Shown: one piece after another, positions 1-11,908 of the stretch
Numbering within the stretch: position 1 is the stretch's first letter
Layout: each line of letters begins with the position of its first letter
Translations under genes and position numbers: made by a program
Notes under the pieces: generated by a model
What the model was told of the DNA's origin: nothing
Database searches by the model: none
The model's input: the letters and a program-made list of their open reading frames with translations, nothing else
From: Eutreptiella sp. 'Long Island Sound 2002'
Taxonomy: Eukaryota > Protista > Euglenida
NCBI GenBank assembly: GCA_964036045.1
Contig: OZ038378.1
Coordinates: forward strand, 105,214,001 to 105,278,000
Direction of reading: 5' to 3'
DNA: 64,000 bases

Positions 1-1170
1 GGGGGCCTCCTCTGCTCCCGTGTGCCCGTCGGCCCCCGCGGGCACCGGCCCGCAGCGTCCCGCTCGTGGCTCCACAGCGCAGCCGCCCTCCGGGGGCGGG
101 CAGCGGCACGCAAGGCGTGCTCTGCATGTAGCATGGGGCGCTGTCTTGTGTCCGGTGCAGGAGCCTGGGATGGGGCATCAGCCGCTGCTGTCGCGCGGGC
201 CACCAAGGCCACACTCGCTCCTCGGGGGGCCCAGGCTGCCCCATACCCCCGCCCCGGGTCGCACTGGGTCGCCAGGTGCTCGTCCCCAAGGCCATACGCG
301 CGGGGGCGGCCGTGCTGTCCTCTTGGCTGGTACGGGCCCGCCCGGCCTCCCAGCCCTCCCAGCCTCGGACCCTCCGGCCGCCCGCCGATGCACTGGCCCG
401 CCCAGAGTACTGGGCACTCGCCCTTCCTCCGCCAAGGGGCCCGACGTTCCCAGGCCCGCGAAGCCCCCGGCGCCTAACCGGGCTAACCTTGGGGACCCGG
501 GGGGGGTGGGTCAACAGCCAACGGGTTGGGGGGCAGCAAACCCCCTATCACCCCAGCCAGCGGGGGGGGGGGGGGCAACCCAAGGCCGATCCCCTCATCT
601 TCCCCCGCCAGCGTGGGGGGCACGGGGGCGCCAACGGGTGGTGGGGCAGCAGGCCCCCTCTCGTCCCAGCCAGCGGGGGGGGGGGGGGGGGGGGATGGCC
701 CGAGGCCGGTCCCCTCATCCTCCTCCGCCTACGCGGGGGCCACGGGGGCGTCGTCGGCGTAGCGGGACTCCCCCCCGCCACCCCCCCCAGCAGAGCGACT
801 CCCCCCGTCGCTCCCAAATGTCTTCAGCCGCATCTCAGCTGCCCTGAGCAACCGCGCTCAGCCGCGGCGACGATCCTCCCCGCGGATTCGATGGGGGCCT
901 CAGCCAAAGGCCACGAGGTCGGTGGCGGACATGCTTCGCAGGCCCCCATCCCCCCCACGAGCGGCGAGCGACGCAATCGGGCGGGGCCTCCTCCTCTGAC
1001 CCTATGGCGGACGCGCCCTCAGCGCCGCCACCATCCCAGTCCACACTGCCGCCAGGGCGGCAGTACGGCAGGGCGAGCACGGAAGAGACCTACTCCCATC
1101 CGGCACTTCCCTCCCGGCTGCTGTGCAGGCACGGGCGGGGAGCCTGTAGGGGAGGACACGGGTGCCTAAA
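1..1170 (+). repeat. GC-rich low-complexity segment, probably the 3' remnant of a GC-rich non-LTR-like repeat
   Basis: Very high GC with G/C runs and short internal repeats (ggggggggcaacc / cccctcatc units at ~500-790). Overlapping Pro/Gly/Arg-rich ORFs occur in many frames with no domain. Composition resembles 55100-57900. The family assignment is inference only. Confidence 0.35.
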
Positions 1171-1224
1171 CTCGACTCGGCCCACCTCCCCGCCCCTCAG
1201 CCTCTGTACATAGACCAGCGGACG

Positions 1225-1650
1225 CTAATAGACGAATGCTGTATTTATGTGTTTTTCACCGTATTTGGGTATTGCGTGTCAGGGTGGGGAGGGGTGGGGG
1301 CTCCCAAGAGAGTGTTACACAGCCTGCTTATGCAGTTTTTCAGCCTATACAACTCAAAAATGGAAGTTTCCGAAGCTTATTTTTTTGATATGGCTAAACC
1401 TAAAAGGACCATCCGAGGTATGTAAAGCATGTTCTAGGCCGTACACAACCTCCTTATGCAGCTTTTCACCCTCGGCAGCTCAAAAATAGAAGTTTCCGAA
1501 ACTTATCTATTTGATACAGTGATCACCTAAAATGACCATTCAAGATATGTAAAGCATATTTTAGCTCGTATTCATGTAGTTTTTACCCTATTTTGAATGT
1601 GTGTTGCTTGGGGTAGGTTCTCTGCGAGGTGGACTTGCCGATAGAATAGA
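1225..1650. repeat. Dispersed copy of the ~180-bp 'gatcacctaaaatgaccatccaaggtatgtaaagca' repeat module
   Basis: The same motifs (ttttcaccc.tatttgggtatt; cacctaaaatgaccat; gtag.ttctctgcgaggtggacttgccga) recur many times in 22250-27590. Confidence 0.8.
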
Positions 1651-1859
1651 ATTTTACCCCACTTGTGCATATTCAATTTTATCACCGTGTCATGGGGATC
1701 ATTTTGAGGTTTGTATGTTTGGGTACCCACCGACCCCTCACGGGGAGCCCGGTGGCCGACCGCCCGACTCGCCAACCCCCAAGGTTCGGGTCAACCAAGG
1801 GGGGCCGGAGGGGTCCCCCCCCCCTGCAACCCCCAAAACAGTTGCACACCCCTCATGGT

Positions 1860-3900
1860 CACACATTGGCTAGCAAGCAGCCCCCTTGGAACCACCGTAG
1901 CAGGAGTGGTGCAGACAATGTGTTGTGCAACTGGTTTTTTGCCACTATCTGTTTCCTTGTGATTTGCAGCTGCAGCATCTTGTCCCTATCATGTGGATGC
2001 ATGTGCATTGAGATGACCCCCACTACCACCCAGGGTCCCAGAATCCCGGCGGTTGCCGGCCGGGATTCGAACCGATGCCAGGCAGGTTCTGCGGCAAGTA
2101 TTCCTTGCCGAAGTGCAGCCACATAAGACATGGGTCTAGTGACGAATTTGCCAGTTACATAGGGTCATTGACACAGTTGTTGTGAGTGTTTGCCCAATTG
2201 AACCCACATAGCTGTGAGTTTGGGTATATTTGTGCATTACATACCCCTTTCTTGCACCACCTCACCGTGTATGCGGTACTACGGACTTGTCTAAGCTATA
2301 GTAGGTGGTACACACAGCTCATCGTTTAGTACAGATGTAAGTAACACGACCAGGAAGAGGGTGCGTGTCATGGCACGGGAGTCATTGTGACCCACTCTGA
2401 CCTTTGGCCTCAACCAACCATCAATCGTGAGAGGCGGCTTTGCCGCATTGCTGTGGAACAAGGAAGAACAAATGATGGGAGGCGGCTCCGCCGCCTTGTC
2501 AGATATGACGACATTTGAACAAAGTTTGATGAGGGTGGGATTCCCACAGCGATGGCCAATCTTTCATTGAAGCTAAGCTACATTCGGTGTAGGGACCGTG
2601 TTAATTTGGCACTTCTCCATAGACAAGGGGTGGGGTGGGATAAAAGAAGATTTACAAGTAGCAATATGGGGATATGACTAGGCAGAAAGCCCAGCGAACT
2701 GAGACCGCATTCGAGTCTAAGATCGGCCCCGTGTGGGTCAATCAGCGACCCAGCAGGCAATAGATAGTGGGGGCAGCACAGGAGCCAAGGCAAAGTTTTT
2801 CTCCTGCCTATGATCAAGGAGAAGGGTGAGGGACAAAAACAATTGGGCTTTGGGCCGCACCCTTCTGGATGGTCCTTTCACCCTTGGGCAGCTATTGGAC
2901 TCCACGGTGAGGCAACCATATGATTCCCTTGGGGCCATAGTATGCTTACACATTGGGGCAACATCAGTACCCCCTAGGTAGCAGTATATTCTGCCCTAAA
3001 GCACCACAAGCATGTCCATTGACCCCCTGCCCCTCAGGTTCCTAGGAGCTCGTAAGCTCTCCTACTTGGGGATCAAAGGGGGCATGATGCCGCCCTAGGG
3101 CACACATATGACCTGCACTACAAGCGTGTCCGTCGACCCACTGGCTCTCGGGCGTTGGTTAACTCCTCTATTTGGAGGGTTGGGTGGGGTGCAAGGCCTA
3201 GTTGCTGACTTTGAGGGTATGGTACCGCGTTGAGGCACTCGTATGACTTGCGATGCACGCAAGTATGTCCATTGACCCACGCCCAGGCTTGGGGGTGGCT
3301 GGTCGGTGCCTTTACCTAGGAGGTCTCGTGGGGCACAAGCACAAGCTTGGAGCCCACGAAGGTACCCAGGAAGAAACCATCATTTATCTATAAGAAACCG
3401 GGGAGGAAATGGTTGCATGATGGCGTGGTTGATGGCATGAGATGCCTTTGCACTGGAAACACCACAACAGTTGCACAATGCGGAGGCAATGAACGAATAA
3501 GCTGGTTAAGTTGATAGGCCCAGCTTGTCTGTACTCGATCGCGTGTACTCGGTCATCTCTCATGCCATGGTTGACAATGCCTAGTATGGGCTCCCCGATG
3601 GGATTACTCACAGAAGTCAATTGTGAGATAGCAGAACAATGCTTCAGTTGTTCCAATCAGTTAGCAGTTAGTGCTCTCATAACAGAGCATACCCGGCACA
3701 CAGAAAGGATGATCCAATGGCCAGGCACAAGCCATCAGACAATCTGCACTAGCTGAGAGGATTGCAAAGCGCTCAGGGTGTACCAGTCCACTAAGCTGCA
3801 GTGCCATGCATGGGGATTTGAGGGATGAACACTAGAGAAGTCCTCTCTGTGCATGCGGCTACTTTATCACTTCCTATCTCTAGCTTTACCTGTCTTTTAT
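1860..3900 (-). pseudogene. Highly degenerate retroelement remnant, possibly DIRS/tyrosine-recombinase type (RT-like and YR-like fragments)
   Basis: The minus strand near 3370-3400 reads L*INDGFFLG, compatible with a decayed YIDD RT box. Near 1950-2010 it reads HLNAHAST**GQDAAAA, compatible with a decayed YR H-x-x-R box. There are many stops and frameshifts, so motif recognition is weak. Confidence 0.3.
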
Positions 3901-4189
3901 CATACCATCCATTTGGTCCTCATGATTGCCGGTGACCCACGGATCTGCAGTAAAACCTAGTAAAAAATTTCTTACAAATTCTTTTTACCAGGTAACATTT
4001 TACTAGGTCCACTATCTTTGACTAGGTATCAGAAACCTAGTAAAACAAAAAGCTTTTTTTTTTACTAGGTTTCGGAACCTAGTACAAAAAAAGTTTTGGT
4101 TTTTACTAGGTTCCACAACCTAGTTAAAAAATTTTTTTTACTGGGTTTCGGAACGTCCACAAAAAAAAACCTAGGCTTTAGAAATCTGG

Positions 4190-4960
4190 GGCCACTTGTT
4201 GGCCACTTATGATTTTGTCCCCCGCTCTGAAGCACCGGGACCCCCCAGATGGCAGGGGTCATGTAGCCACTGGGCCCATTTGTGGGCCACTTCTGATTTC
4301 GTCTCCCGCTCTGAAGGATCAGGGACCCCCCGAGGATGTTCCCTAAGACCCTCTTTTTCTCTTTCTCTTCAGGAACGTCGGTTGTAGGGTTACCTTGAAC
4401 TATCTAGGACCCCCGTGAGGGGGTTCATTCCACCGGCCTGGTGGGGGCCCTGTTTGAACCCCTGTTCGGGGACCCACGAGAACGCAGGGGTGACGTAGCA
4501 TTTCCGCCCTCTTTTGGGCCTGCGAGAAGGCAGGGGTGAGGTGACCACTTCTGATTTTGTTCCCCTTTGGTGGGGATGACTTCTCATTTTGCTGCCCGCG
4601 CTTGGCGTTGGGCAGCCCCGAGAATGCACGGGTGACGTAGCATTTCCGCCCTCTTTTGGGCCTGTGAGAAGGCAGGGGTGAGGTGACCACTTCTGATTTT
4701 GTTCCCCTTTGGTGGGGATGACTTCTCATTTTGCTGCCCGCGCTTGGCGTTGGGCAGCCCCGAGAATGCACGGGTGACGTGGCATTTCCACCCTCTTTTG
4801 GGCCCCCGAGAAGGCAAGGGCGAGGTAGCCACTTCTGATTTTGTTCCCCTTTTCGGCGACCCCCGAGAATGCAAGGGTGATTTAGCATTTCCGCCCTCTT
4901 TTGGGTCCCCAAAGGCAGGGGTGAGGTAGCCGCTTCTGATTTTGTTCCCCTTTGTTGGGG
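4190..4960. repeat. Tandem repeat, core period 142 bp (ccacttctgattttgttcccc family)
   Basis: ccacttctgattttgttcccc starts at 4545, 4687 and 4829, with degenerate copies either side. The repeated KRAEMLRHPC/SPLPS peptides in the ORF track come from this repeat. Confidence 0.85.
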
Positions 4961-5022
4961 ACCACTTCTGAAAGCGGGGTGCCAACAACAAGCCTGTTTG
5001 GGAGTAACCCCCCATTGATGGC

Positions 5023-5925
5023 ATGCAAGTGGCCCAGTGGAAGAAAACCTTGGCCACCATCTCTAATGGAGGTTGTGTCACCTGGCCCCAGTTTGTAGAC
5101 TTCTTGAGGGTTCACCGCGTCATAGCTGAGGCTTGCGCATGTGCCACGTATTGTACATTAGGCGTTTGTGAGGGCTGTTTGTTGTGGCTTCTTGTGAAGG
5201 AACCCAGCTTCAAGGTGCCTTTGCACTACTCTTGGAAGTTTGTTGGTTCCCGCCCCTTTAAGTTTGGTCGTGTGAGACGCATTGTTGTAACCCGCGTTGA
5301 AGCGCCTCATGTGCGTGCTCTGAAGTCGCAAGGAGGCCACCCCAAAAAGAAAGTTGCCAAGAGGAGCCAAGAATTGTCTGAATCCAATTGTGATTCTAAT
5401 TGTGATTCCTCATCGGATGGTAGCTGTGACGGTGAGCCCCTTGCCCTCACACCCCTTATGAAGGAATTGGACCGCGGGAGCAAGCGGTGGCATTCCATGC
5501 ACCTGTACCGCCCCCCCTTCACTTGTGGGCAGTGCCATCGGAAAGTTTTCGTATGGTGTGTCTATTGCGAGGGGTGCATGTGGTGTTTGGAAGGCAAGGA
5601 GTGCGCTACTCGCAAGTTTACAGACAGAGATGAGTTGCGATGGGTCTTGCAAAAGTGGGAGGAGGAGGTTGAGGTTGGGAAAATCTTGCATCCCACGCAA
5701 TCCCATGCCAAAACTACCCCCTCCTCCCCGTGTGCTTTGCCCCCCACCTCGCCACACCCGGATGGCAATAGCAGCCTCCCCGCGATTGCGTCCCCAAATG
5801 CCTCTCTTGCCAGCCTGTCTCTAGCCATGGAGGAATTGGGCGCCCACCCCCATGTTCTAATACCACCGAGCCATCATAGATTGGAATGGGTAATACGAGG
5901 CATGTTTTTGGAGATGACATCTTAG
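5023..5925 (+). pseudogene. C-terminal part of a MULE-type transposase-associated ORF with a SWIM-like Cys motif and a second Cys cluster
   Basis: CACATYCTLGVCEGCLLW at 5134-5180 matches C-x-C-x8-C spacing of a SWIM finger, with the His missing. CGQC...CVYCEGCMWC follows. It lies inside the TIR element. No DDE core is visible upstream, where the 142-bp array sits. Confidence 0.45.
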
Positions 5926-6039
5926 CCGTGGTGTGCCATGCCCTAATTGATGGCCAAGGCAGCCCTAAGGCCCAATTGCACAATGTTGAGTCATTGCTCT
6001 GTGACAATTGAGAACGACCACTAGACGTGATCATTCCAA

Positions 6040-6690
6040 GTTTGGGTTCTCAACTGTGTAAACTGGAGGCGGCCCATTTGAGAGATGTTTACACAGAATC
6101 TTACGTGACAGATAATGCTGAGATTGTTGTGTATTACTGGTGGCTTACCAGGACATCGTTGAGTGCAGACTAGGATGTTATGGGTGTGGCGTGGGTTGTG
6201 TGTGATTCATTGTGGAATGCGTCATCTGCGCTGTGGGATCGTAGGCAGGTGTTAGCTGAATCATGGGCGCACCGTACTTTGGAAGCAGCGTCCATTGATA
6301 TGGACTATGCCCCTCCTTTGCTTGCAGCCCAAGTATACGATATTCGCAATACACATTGGGTGCTGCGCTTGTTGTTGGTTTCCCCAACACGCACTTTCTT
6401 ATGCCTCCTGTTCGATCCACTGTGTAACAGGCCGTATAGAGTTGGCCACAGTCAACCTCATTGCCGAAAAAGAAGGCATTGACCCAAGGCCGTAGAAGAA
6501 GTGGGACAAGTTTTTGGGTGAGTTTGGTAGTGTAGCTTTTGCTATAGCATCCCTCTACTCCACCTTGCCTTCTGATGCTGCATGGCCTTTTGTCCAGGCG
6601 TGTTGTCAACGGCAACATGCAACTTCCACAAGATAGATTGTGGTTGTTGCGTGAGATTGCACAGGCAATTTACTGCCACACGGGCATGCA
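6040..6690 (+). pseudogene. Degenerate Ulp1/SENP-like (peptidase C48) cysteine protease domain
   Basis: The order of motifs fits C48: LRDVYTESYVTDN..., NTHWVL (His 6354), FDPL (Asp 6414), QRQ (6607) and IDCG (Cys 6639). Stops and at least two frameshifts interrupt it. Confidence 0.65.
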
Positions 6691-7594
6691 TTGTATTGGC
6701 ATTCGCGTTGGGTGACCAGTGTGCGGTTGACAAGCCGCCTTTAGTAGATGAGGTCCATCCAAATGTGCTGATCCGTGGTAAGAAATTTTTTGTTGCAGAG
6801 CATTACCACAAAGATGCTTCTGGTAGATTGCAATACGACAAAAAATTGATTGAAGAGTTGGATATGAAGACCACAGGCGTGCTTCGCAACATGTGCAAGC
6901 ACAACCCGCCCTCAGCACAACCCACCTACAAGGATAAAAAAGGCGGACCTCATCTACAAGCGTGTATTTTGCGATTTCTTAGAAAGCACACGTGTGTGCA
7001 CCCCTTTATGTATATATGTATATGATTTAGAAGCACGGGTTTTGTTCCCAATGCCATCGCGCTGGTATTGGCCATGGCCCTCTCAGGACTCTTTTCTTGA
7101 GCTTGATTTTGTTTCTGCTGACCTTGCAATACACGGTCTGGCCCGGGTGGGGCGCCACTTACACAAGTGGTTTGGAATCGACCAGGGGGCACGGTGCCCC
7201 TAAACAAAAATACCACCAACTGTTGACCCCCCCCCCCCCCCCCCGAACTTTGTGTGTTTTGTTCAAATTCAAGTCCAAATTTGTGTCTACCTAGTAACCT
7301 AGTACAAATAATCTTCAAAATTTTTGTTTTTTTACCTAGTAAAAAAAAGCTTTTGAAAAAAATTTAAACAGGTTTTACTACACTTTTTTTTTTTACTATT
7401 TTACTAGGTTTTACTACATTTTACTAGGTTTTACTACAGCGCGTACTAGGTTTTACCAAATGCCTGTGACCCACTTCCCAAAGAAGGCAGAACAAAGAAT
7501 TGCAAGGGCTCTGTGCAACAGTCACCAGCGACACTTTAGGAATGGGGGGGAGGTGTTTGCCCATGCTTTCGACATTCTTGCATTCCCCATTCAG

Positions 7595-7672
7595 ATTCAA
7601 CAGATGGCCCAGATTGTTGAACACATTGACAACAGTGCTTTAGAGATGGCGAAAAACACATATTTGTCGAGG
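7595..7672 (+). CDS. Internal exon of a peptidase M16 (mitochondrial processing peptidase / bc1 core-like) gene: IQQMAQIVEHIDNSALEMAKNTYLSR
   Basis: Bounded by ccccattcag| and |gtatgt. It is 78 nt, phase 0, and joins in frame to the next exon. LEMAKN matches the M16 C-terminal ELxRAKN motif. Confidence 0.7.
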
Positions 7673-8399
7673 GTATGTGTTGTGCTACGTGCCTGCCGTG
7701 ATGCGCAAGAGTGATATCCGAACCATACTTAAGATCAAATTCAGACCGAGTTTTGCTGTCCAGGATGGAATTGTCCAACATCTGTTGCAGAGCATGAAGC
7801 CTGTGGAATTTTACTTTTTTTAGTCATTTCGTTTACTTGTTGTTTGTCTGCTGTGAGCTGTCCCAATTATAATGATACACCAAGAGTTCAGACCGCCATG
7901 GCCCTCCGAATCCCCCACCATCATTGAATGATTTTCTTTCAATTTTCCCCCTTCATGCCTCCCAAAGCAATGAACTATGGAATCCCTTCAATCTATTGCA
8001 CACCCCCTACCTCACAGGGTTTTCAGAAATTTGGAGCACGCAGTGGAGAAAAGGATGGTCCTGCCTGATAGCACTCTTTGCTATTTTGTAATTTGTTCTT
8101 CCACGTCACTGAGCTGTAACCAGCAACACCACGAGTAATTTTCACCCCCAGAGACAGGACACATCCATGCCCCATACCATTGGGCAGTGTGATTGCATTT
8201 CGAGTTGCTGTACAATCGGCTGCTATCCTTCGATGACATTTGTGCATGCCGTGGTCAGATTGCTTTGTGTTGAGGCCTTGAACTTCCCCTAAGGTTTGTA
8301 TTTCATGCTAATCTTCAGTCTGCGCAGGGCTGGGTGAGGGATGCATGGAATTTTGCTTGCATTCTTTCTGCATCAATTGCATTGCTTCTTTGTCTGCAG

Positions 8400-8471
8400 C
8401 TCTTCGGGGCTCTTGAGGAACGACAGCCCCTTGTGGAAGCCATTGGCAGAAGCTATGTTTTGCATAATAAG
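8400..8471 (+). CDS. Exon of the same M16 gene: LFGALEERQPLVEAIGRSYVLHNK
   Basis: Bounded by tgtctgcag| and |gtgtgc. It is 72 nt, phase 0, and matches the M16 motif LxMxLEsrxxxxEdIGRqxL. Confidence 0.75.
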
Positions 8472-8614
8472 GTGTGCCATGCTACTTACAACGCAATACA
8501 CTGTGCTGTGCACTGCGGCATGCAGGCTGCCTTATGAGTGCCAGTGGCTGTCCCCTTCAATGTCGTCACTTTTTGCATCCCATTCAACAATGGTGTCATA
8601 TGTGCTCTGTTTAG

Positions 8615-8803
8615 TTATGGGCGCCCGAGGAGATTCAGTCCAAAGTGAGGGCTCTTACGGTCAATGATATCAAGAAAGCCGGACGCAATTTATTTAAGTC
8701 CAATCCAACGTACGTTGTCTTCGGCAACACGAAGGGCGCTTATGAATTTTCTGATATCCAGCGGGTCTTTGCGGAACTGAATAACCGATTCAACTCACCA
8801 TAA
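8615..8803 (+). CDS. Terminal exon of the M16 gene: LWAPEEIQSKVRALTVNDIKKAGRNLFKSNPTYVVFGNTKGAYEFSDIQRVFAELNNRFNSP*
   Basis: Acceptor tgtttag|, 189 nt ending in TAA. It matches the M16/MPP C-terminus pattern PEE...I.avT..DI...A..l...PT.vv.G. It is absent from the ORF track because it has no start codon. Confidence 0.8.
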   Translation, partial: LWAPEEIQSKVRALTVNDIKKAGRNLFKSNPTYVVFGNTKGAYEFSDIQRVFAELNNRFNSP

Positions 8804-9229
8804 GAGAGATTCACGTTGTAAATTTCATTGCTCTACTCGCAGGCAGTGTGGTGAGCAAGAAAAATGCAGGTTTGGAGGGATGTGTGTAGTATGCTGGAGC
8901 TGAGGATTGTTGAAAAAGGCAGCCACAACGGACAGCTGGGGATCGGGGGGTGACGTGCTTGCAGGCTGACCATGCCCCAAACCACGCAGGGTGCCCGCCA
9001 TGTTGCCGGTGAAGCAGCCAAAGAACAGCAAGTGAAATGGAAATGGTCTGGCACGGGGGGCGCCCAGGTGCAATGCCTGACCCCCCCCCCCCCCCCTCTC
9101 TAGGGGGCCAAAATGTTTAAAAGGTCCCGACCATAGTACAAGCCAATATGGCGAAATTGGGTGGCACCATAGGCGTCGGAAAATTTTGATGCCCCATTTG
9201 AAGAGGCTGGTAAAACAGGTCACCCCAGG

Positions 9230-9545
9230 TGTTTATATTCAAGATGCTCAGTTTTCTGGGGGTATTTCCCGAGCCCCCAAGAAGGCAGGATTTGTGCAGC
9301 CACTTCTGATTTTGTCCCCCTGTTTGGGATCCCCGAGAAGGCAGGGGTTATGTAGCCACTTTGATCCTTCCACACCATGGGGACCCCCAAGAAGGCAGGG
9401 GTGATGTAGCCATGTTGGTCGTTCCCCGCTATGGGGACCCCGTGATGGCAGGGGGTGATGTAGCCATATCGATCTTTCCGCAGCATGGGGACCCTGAGGA
9501 GGCAGGGGTTATGATGCCACTTCTGATTTTGTCCCCCTTGTTGGG
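9230..9545. repeat. Second dispersed cluster of the ccacttctgattttgtcccc repeat family (shorter ~60-bp units)
   Basis: It shares gccacttctgattttgtcccc and agaaggcaggggt motifs with 4190-4960. Confidence 0.75.
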
Positions 9546-10679
9546 GGACCTCCGACAAATGTCATTTGTTACTCATGGAAGATCTTGCCCTCGAAGCTCA
9601 ACCCTGGCACAAGGTAGCGGTTGGTGTGGGTACCCTTGGGCACCCTGTGGGGCACCCTCTTTGGCGCGGGCCGGGCCAAAGAATGGCCTCCACCGTCAAC
9701 GACCCACCCCCGGCAGGGGGTGTGGGCGGCTACAACCACCATCACATTAGTGAGGAGGCAGAGTGGAGACCTCAATTGTTGTATGCTAACCCCTTAGGGC
9801 AATGCGTCCATGCCGTTTTGTTCATAGCAAGGCCTTAGGCAATGCAACAACATTGCTTGGGGTTCTTGAATTGAGGGATTGCCGGGTCATAGGTTACCTT
9901 TGGGTAGACACTTGAGAAGTTTCGGATGCGTGTAGACAATGTACGCTGCTAGTAGACAATGTACACTGCCAGTAGCAAATATTGGCACTGCCTCCAACGT
10001 TTGTTCAAGTATGCAGCCCCCCCCCCCCCCCCATGGAGGGAGTTCCTTTAGGTCACTGGGCTTTGAGCCAGTCTTGGGTCCATTGGCGCAACGGCGCCCA
10101 AAATTTTCTGTCCATGGCGATCTCCCACAAAGGTGTTTTTGATACATGCATACTCCTACCATTGCTTACTCCTCGGCTTCTGGGCGCTCGTATGCCCTTT
10201 GTCCGACGTCCCGTGGCTGTCTCGTTTCCTATCACTCCGCCGCTCCTCCTCGCTCACCTGCTATGCGCACTGTCTGTCTAGGCTGCTATGTTGCCTCCTG
10301 CTGTGGTGCACATGGGGCTCCGCCGTCTCTTACGCCTCGGCTCGTGGGCGCCCTTGTGCCTTTCGTAACACTGCTCGTGGATGCCTAGCCGCCTATCGCT
10401 GTGCCGCTCGCGCTCGCTCTCTTGCTCCGTGCACCTTTTTGCTAGGCCGTTGTGCCGCTGTTTGCTCTGCTCCTTATAGGGCTCCGTGGTCGCCTATGGT
10501 TGGGCTTTTGGGCGCCCCTCCGCCCTTCATGTGGCTGCTCGTGGACGCTGCGCCGCCGTTTGCTCTGCCGCTCCCGGTCGCTGCCCTGCTCCGTGCGCTA
10601 TCTTGTGTGTTTGCTGTGCTGCCTCCCGCTCCTCCGCTCGTGGGGGTTCGTTTTCGCTTATGCCCCGGCTCTTAGGCGC

Positions 10680-11130
10680 TCATTCGCCCTTTGAGAGAAA
10701 CAGGCATATTGTTGGGTGAGGGTTTACCGCGAAGAAACTTACATGTTGGGCCATTTGAGGCCCGCATTGAACGTACAGTGTGGTCATGAGGCGTCACACG
10801 CCCCACCTCTTCCATAAGCAGTTGGGCTAGGAGGGCACTGTATCTCATTGTCAACAAGTCTGGGTTTACCGGTGGTATTCTGCTTGCGATCTCGCTTAGG
10901 CGTTGGGCAGAGTCAGCCACTGGAGGGATGACGTCTGGGGTCTTCAGATCATCGTTGATTTTAGTACTTGTAGTGGTGACCGCTGGATACTCGGATCTCT
11001 TCTTGAGATCCAGGAGGGTTACGGCATGATTTTCGGCCATCAGCTCCTTGATTAATTCCTGGTCGAGCTCAAACACAGGTACGGGGTTCAGAGAGCCATC
11101 AACGATGGACAAGCGACTACCCCATTAGAT
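10680..11130 (-). pseudogene. Retroelement pol fragment (pre-RT region), probably from the same Gypsy element as the RT pieces at 11514-12200
   Basis: Open 146-aa frame of normal complexity (VPVFELDQELIKELMAENHAV...KGRMSA), embedded between low-complexity repeats next to the RT fragments. The link to those fragments is inference. Confidence 0.4.
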
Positions 11131-11513
11131 TCCGGTGGCCTCGCTCCCCTATCGCCGTCCTGTCGCCTGCCTGTCGCCTCCCTGTTGTTTTTTCCGCAAT
11201 CTTGGCCCCTTGTCGCTCCCCTTTTGCTTCCCTGTCCCTTCCGTGTTGCTTCCCTGTCACTCCCGTGTTGCTTCCCTGTCGCTTTTTCTGCCGCTCTCCT
11301 GTCGCTATCCTGTCACTTCCTGTCGCCTCCTGTTGTTTCCTGTTGCTATGCTACTTTTTGGCTGGCGCCTTCCTGTCGCTCTCCTGTCGCTCTCCTGTCG
11401 TTCCTTCCTTTCGCTCTCCTGTCGCTATTTCCTGTTGCCTCCCTGCCGCCCTCTTCTCCCTTGCCTGTCGTCTTCCTGTAGCTTCCCTGTCGCCCAATGT
11501 GCTTCCCTGTTGC

Positions 11514-11898
11514 CAGTTTCTTGCATGAGAGGGGTGGCGGCAACGCTCCAAACACCTCCTGGTATTTGTTGATGAGCTTGGTCAGACAAAGGTCCACGGT
11601 ACAAGCTCTATAGTTTATCAGAAATGTCTGTCTCCGCATGAAGGTAGCTCTTTCCTTTTTCTTGCCCTTTCATCCGCCCGACAGTTTCAGGGGGCAGTTC
11701 ATCTTCATCCCAATCTTGGGGACCCCGCTGCGCATAGTGGAGTGACTACACCAGGGGTGTCTTAGGATCAGGGAGAGTCATCTCTTCATCATTTGCCTCA
11801 GACCAGATGCAGGTTTTCAAGGTCCTCTTGAGGAGGTCCAGGCGGGTCCATAGCTCCATACCCTCAGCCTGAGCCCACAAAATCTGTTGTAGGATCTG
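11514..11898 (-). pseudogene. Inverted Ty3/Gypsy pre-RT fragment (QILWAQAEGMELWTRL...KLINKYQEVFGALPPPLSCKKL), copy 1; copies also at 14833-15217 and 18177-18561
   Basis: The minus-strand translation ends in KYQEVFGALPPP, the typical Gypsy linker just before the RT. Stops and frameshifts are present. Confidence 0.65.
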
Positions 11899-11908
11899 GA
11901 CGTTCAAG

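Larger units (their letters stand above)
3941..7465 (+). mobile_element. Mutator (MULE)-like TIR DNA transposon, internally deleted, carrying a Ulp1 protease remnant
   Basis: Exact 9-bp direct repeat gtgacccac flanks it at 3932-3940 and 7466-7474. Both ends carry gtaaaacctagta in inverted orientation, exactly 9 nt in from each TSD. Arrays of acctagtaaaa/ttttactaggt lie at 3950-4180 and 7290-7460. A 9-bp TSD with long subterminal repeats is typical of MULEs. Confidence 0.75.

Noticed and set aside
3945-7439. Alternative MULE boundaries using the closer ctg(c/t)agtaaaacctagtaaaa inverted match
   Set aside because: No target duplication flanks these positions, whereas 3941-7465 has an exact 9-bp TSD with symmetric spacing. 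These are subterminal repeats.
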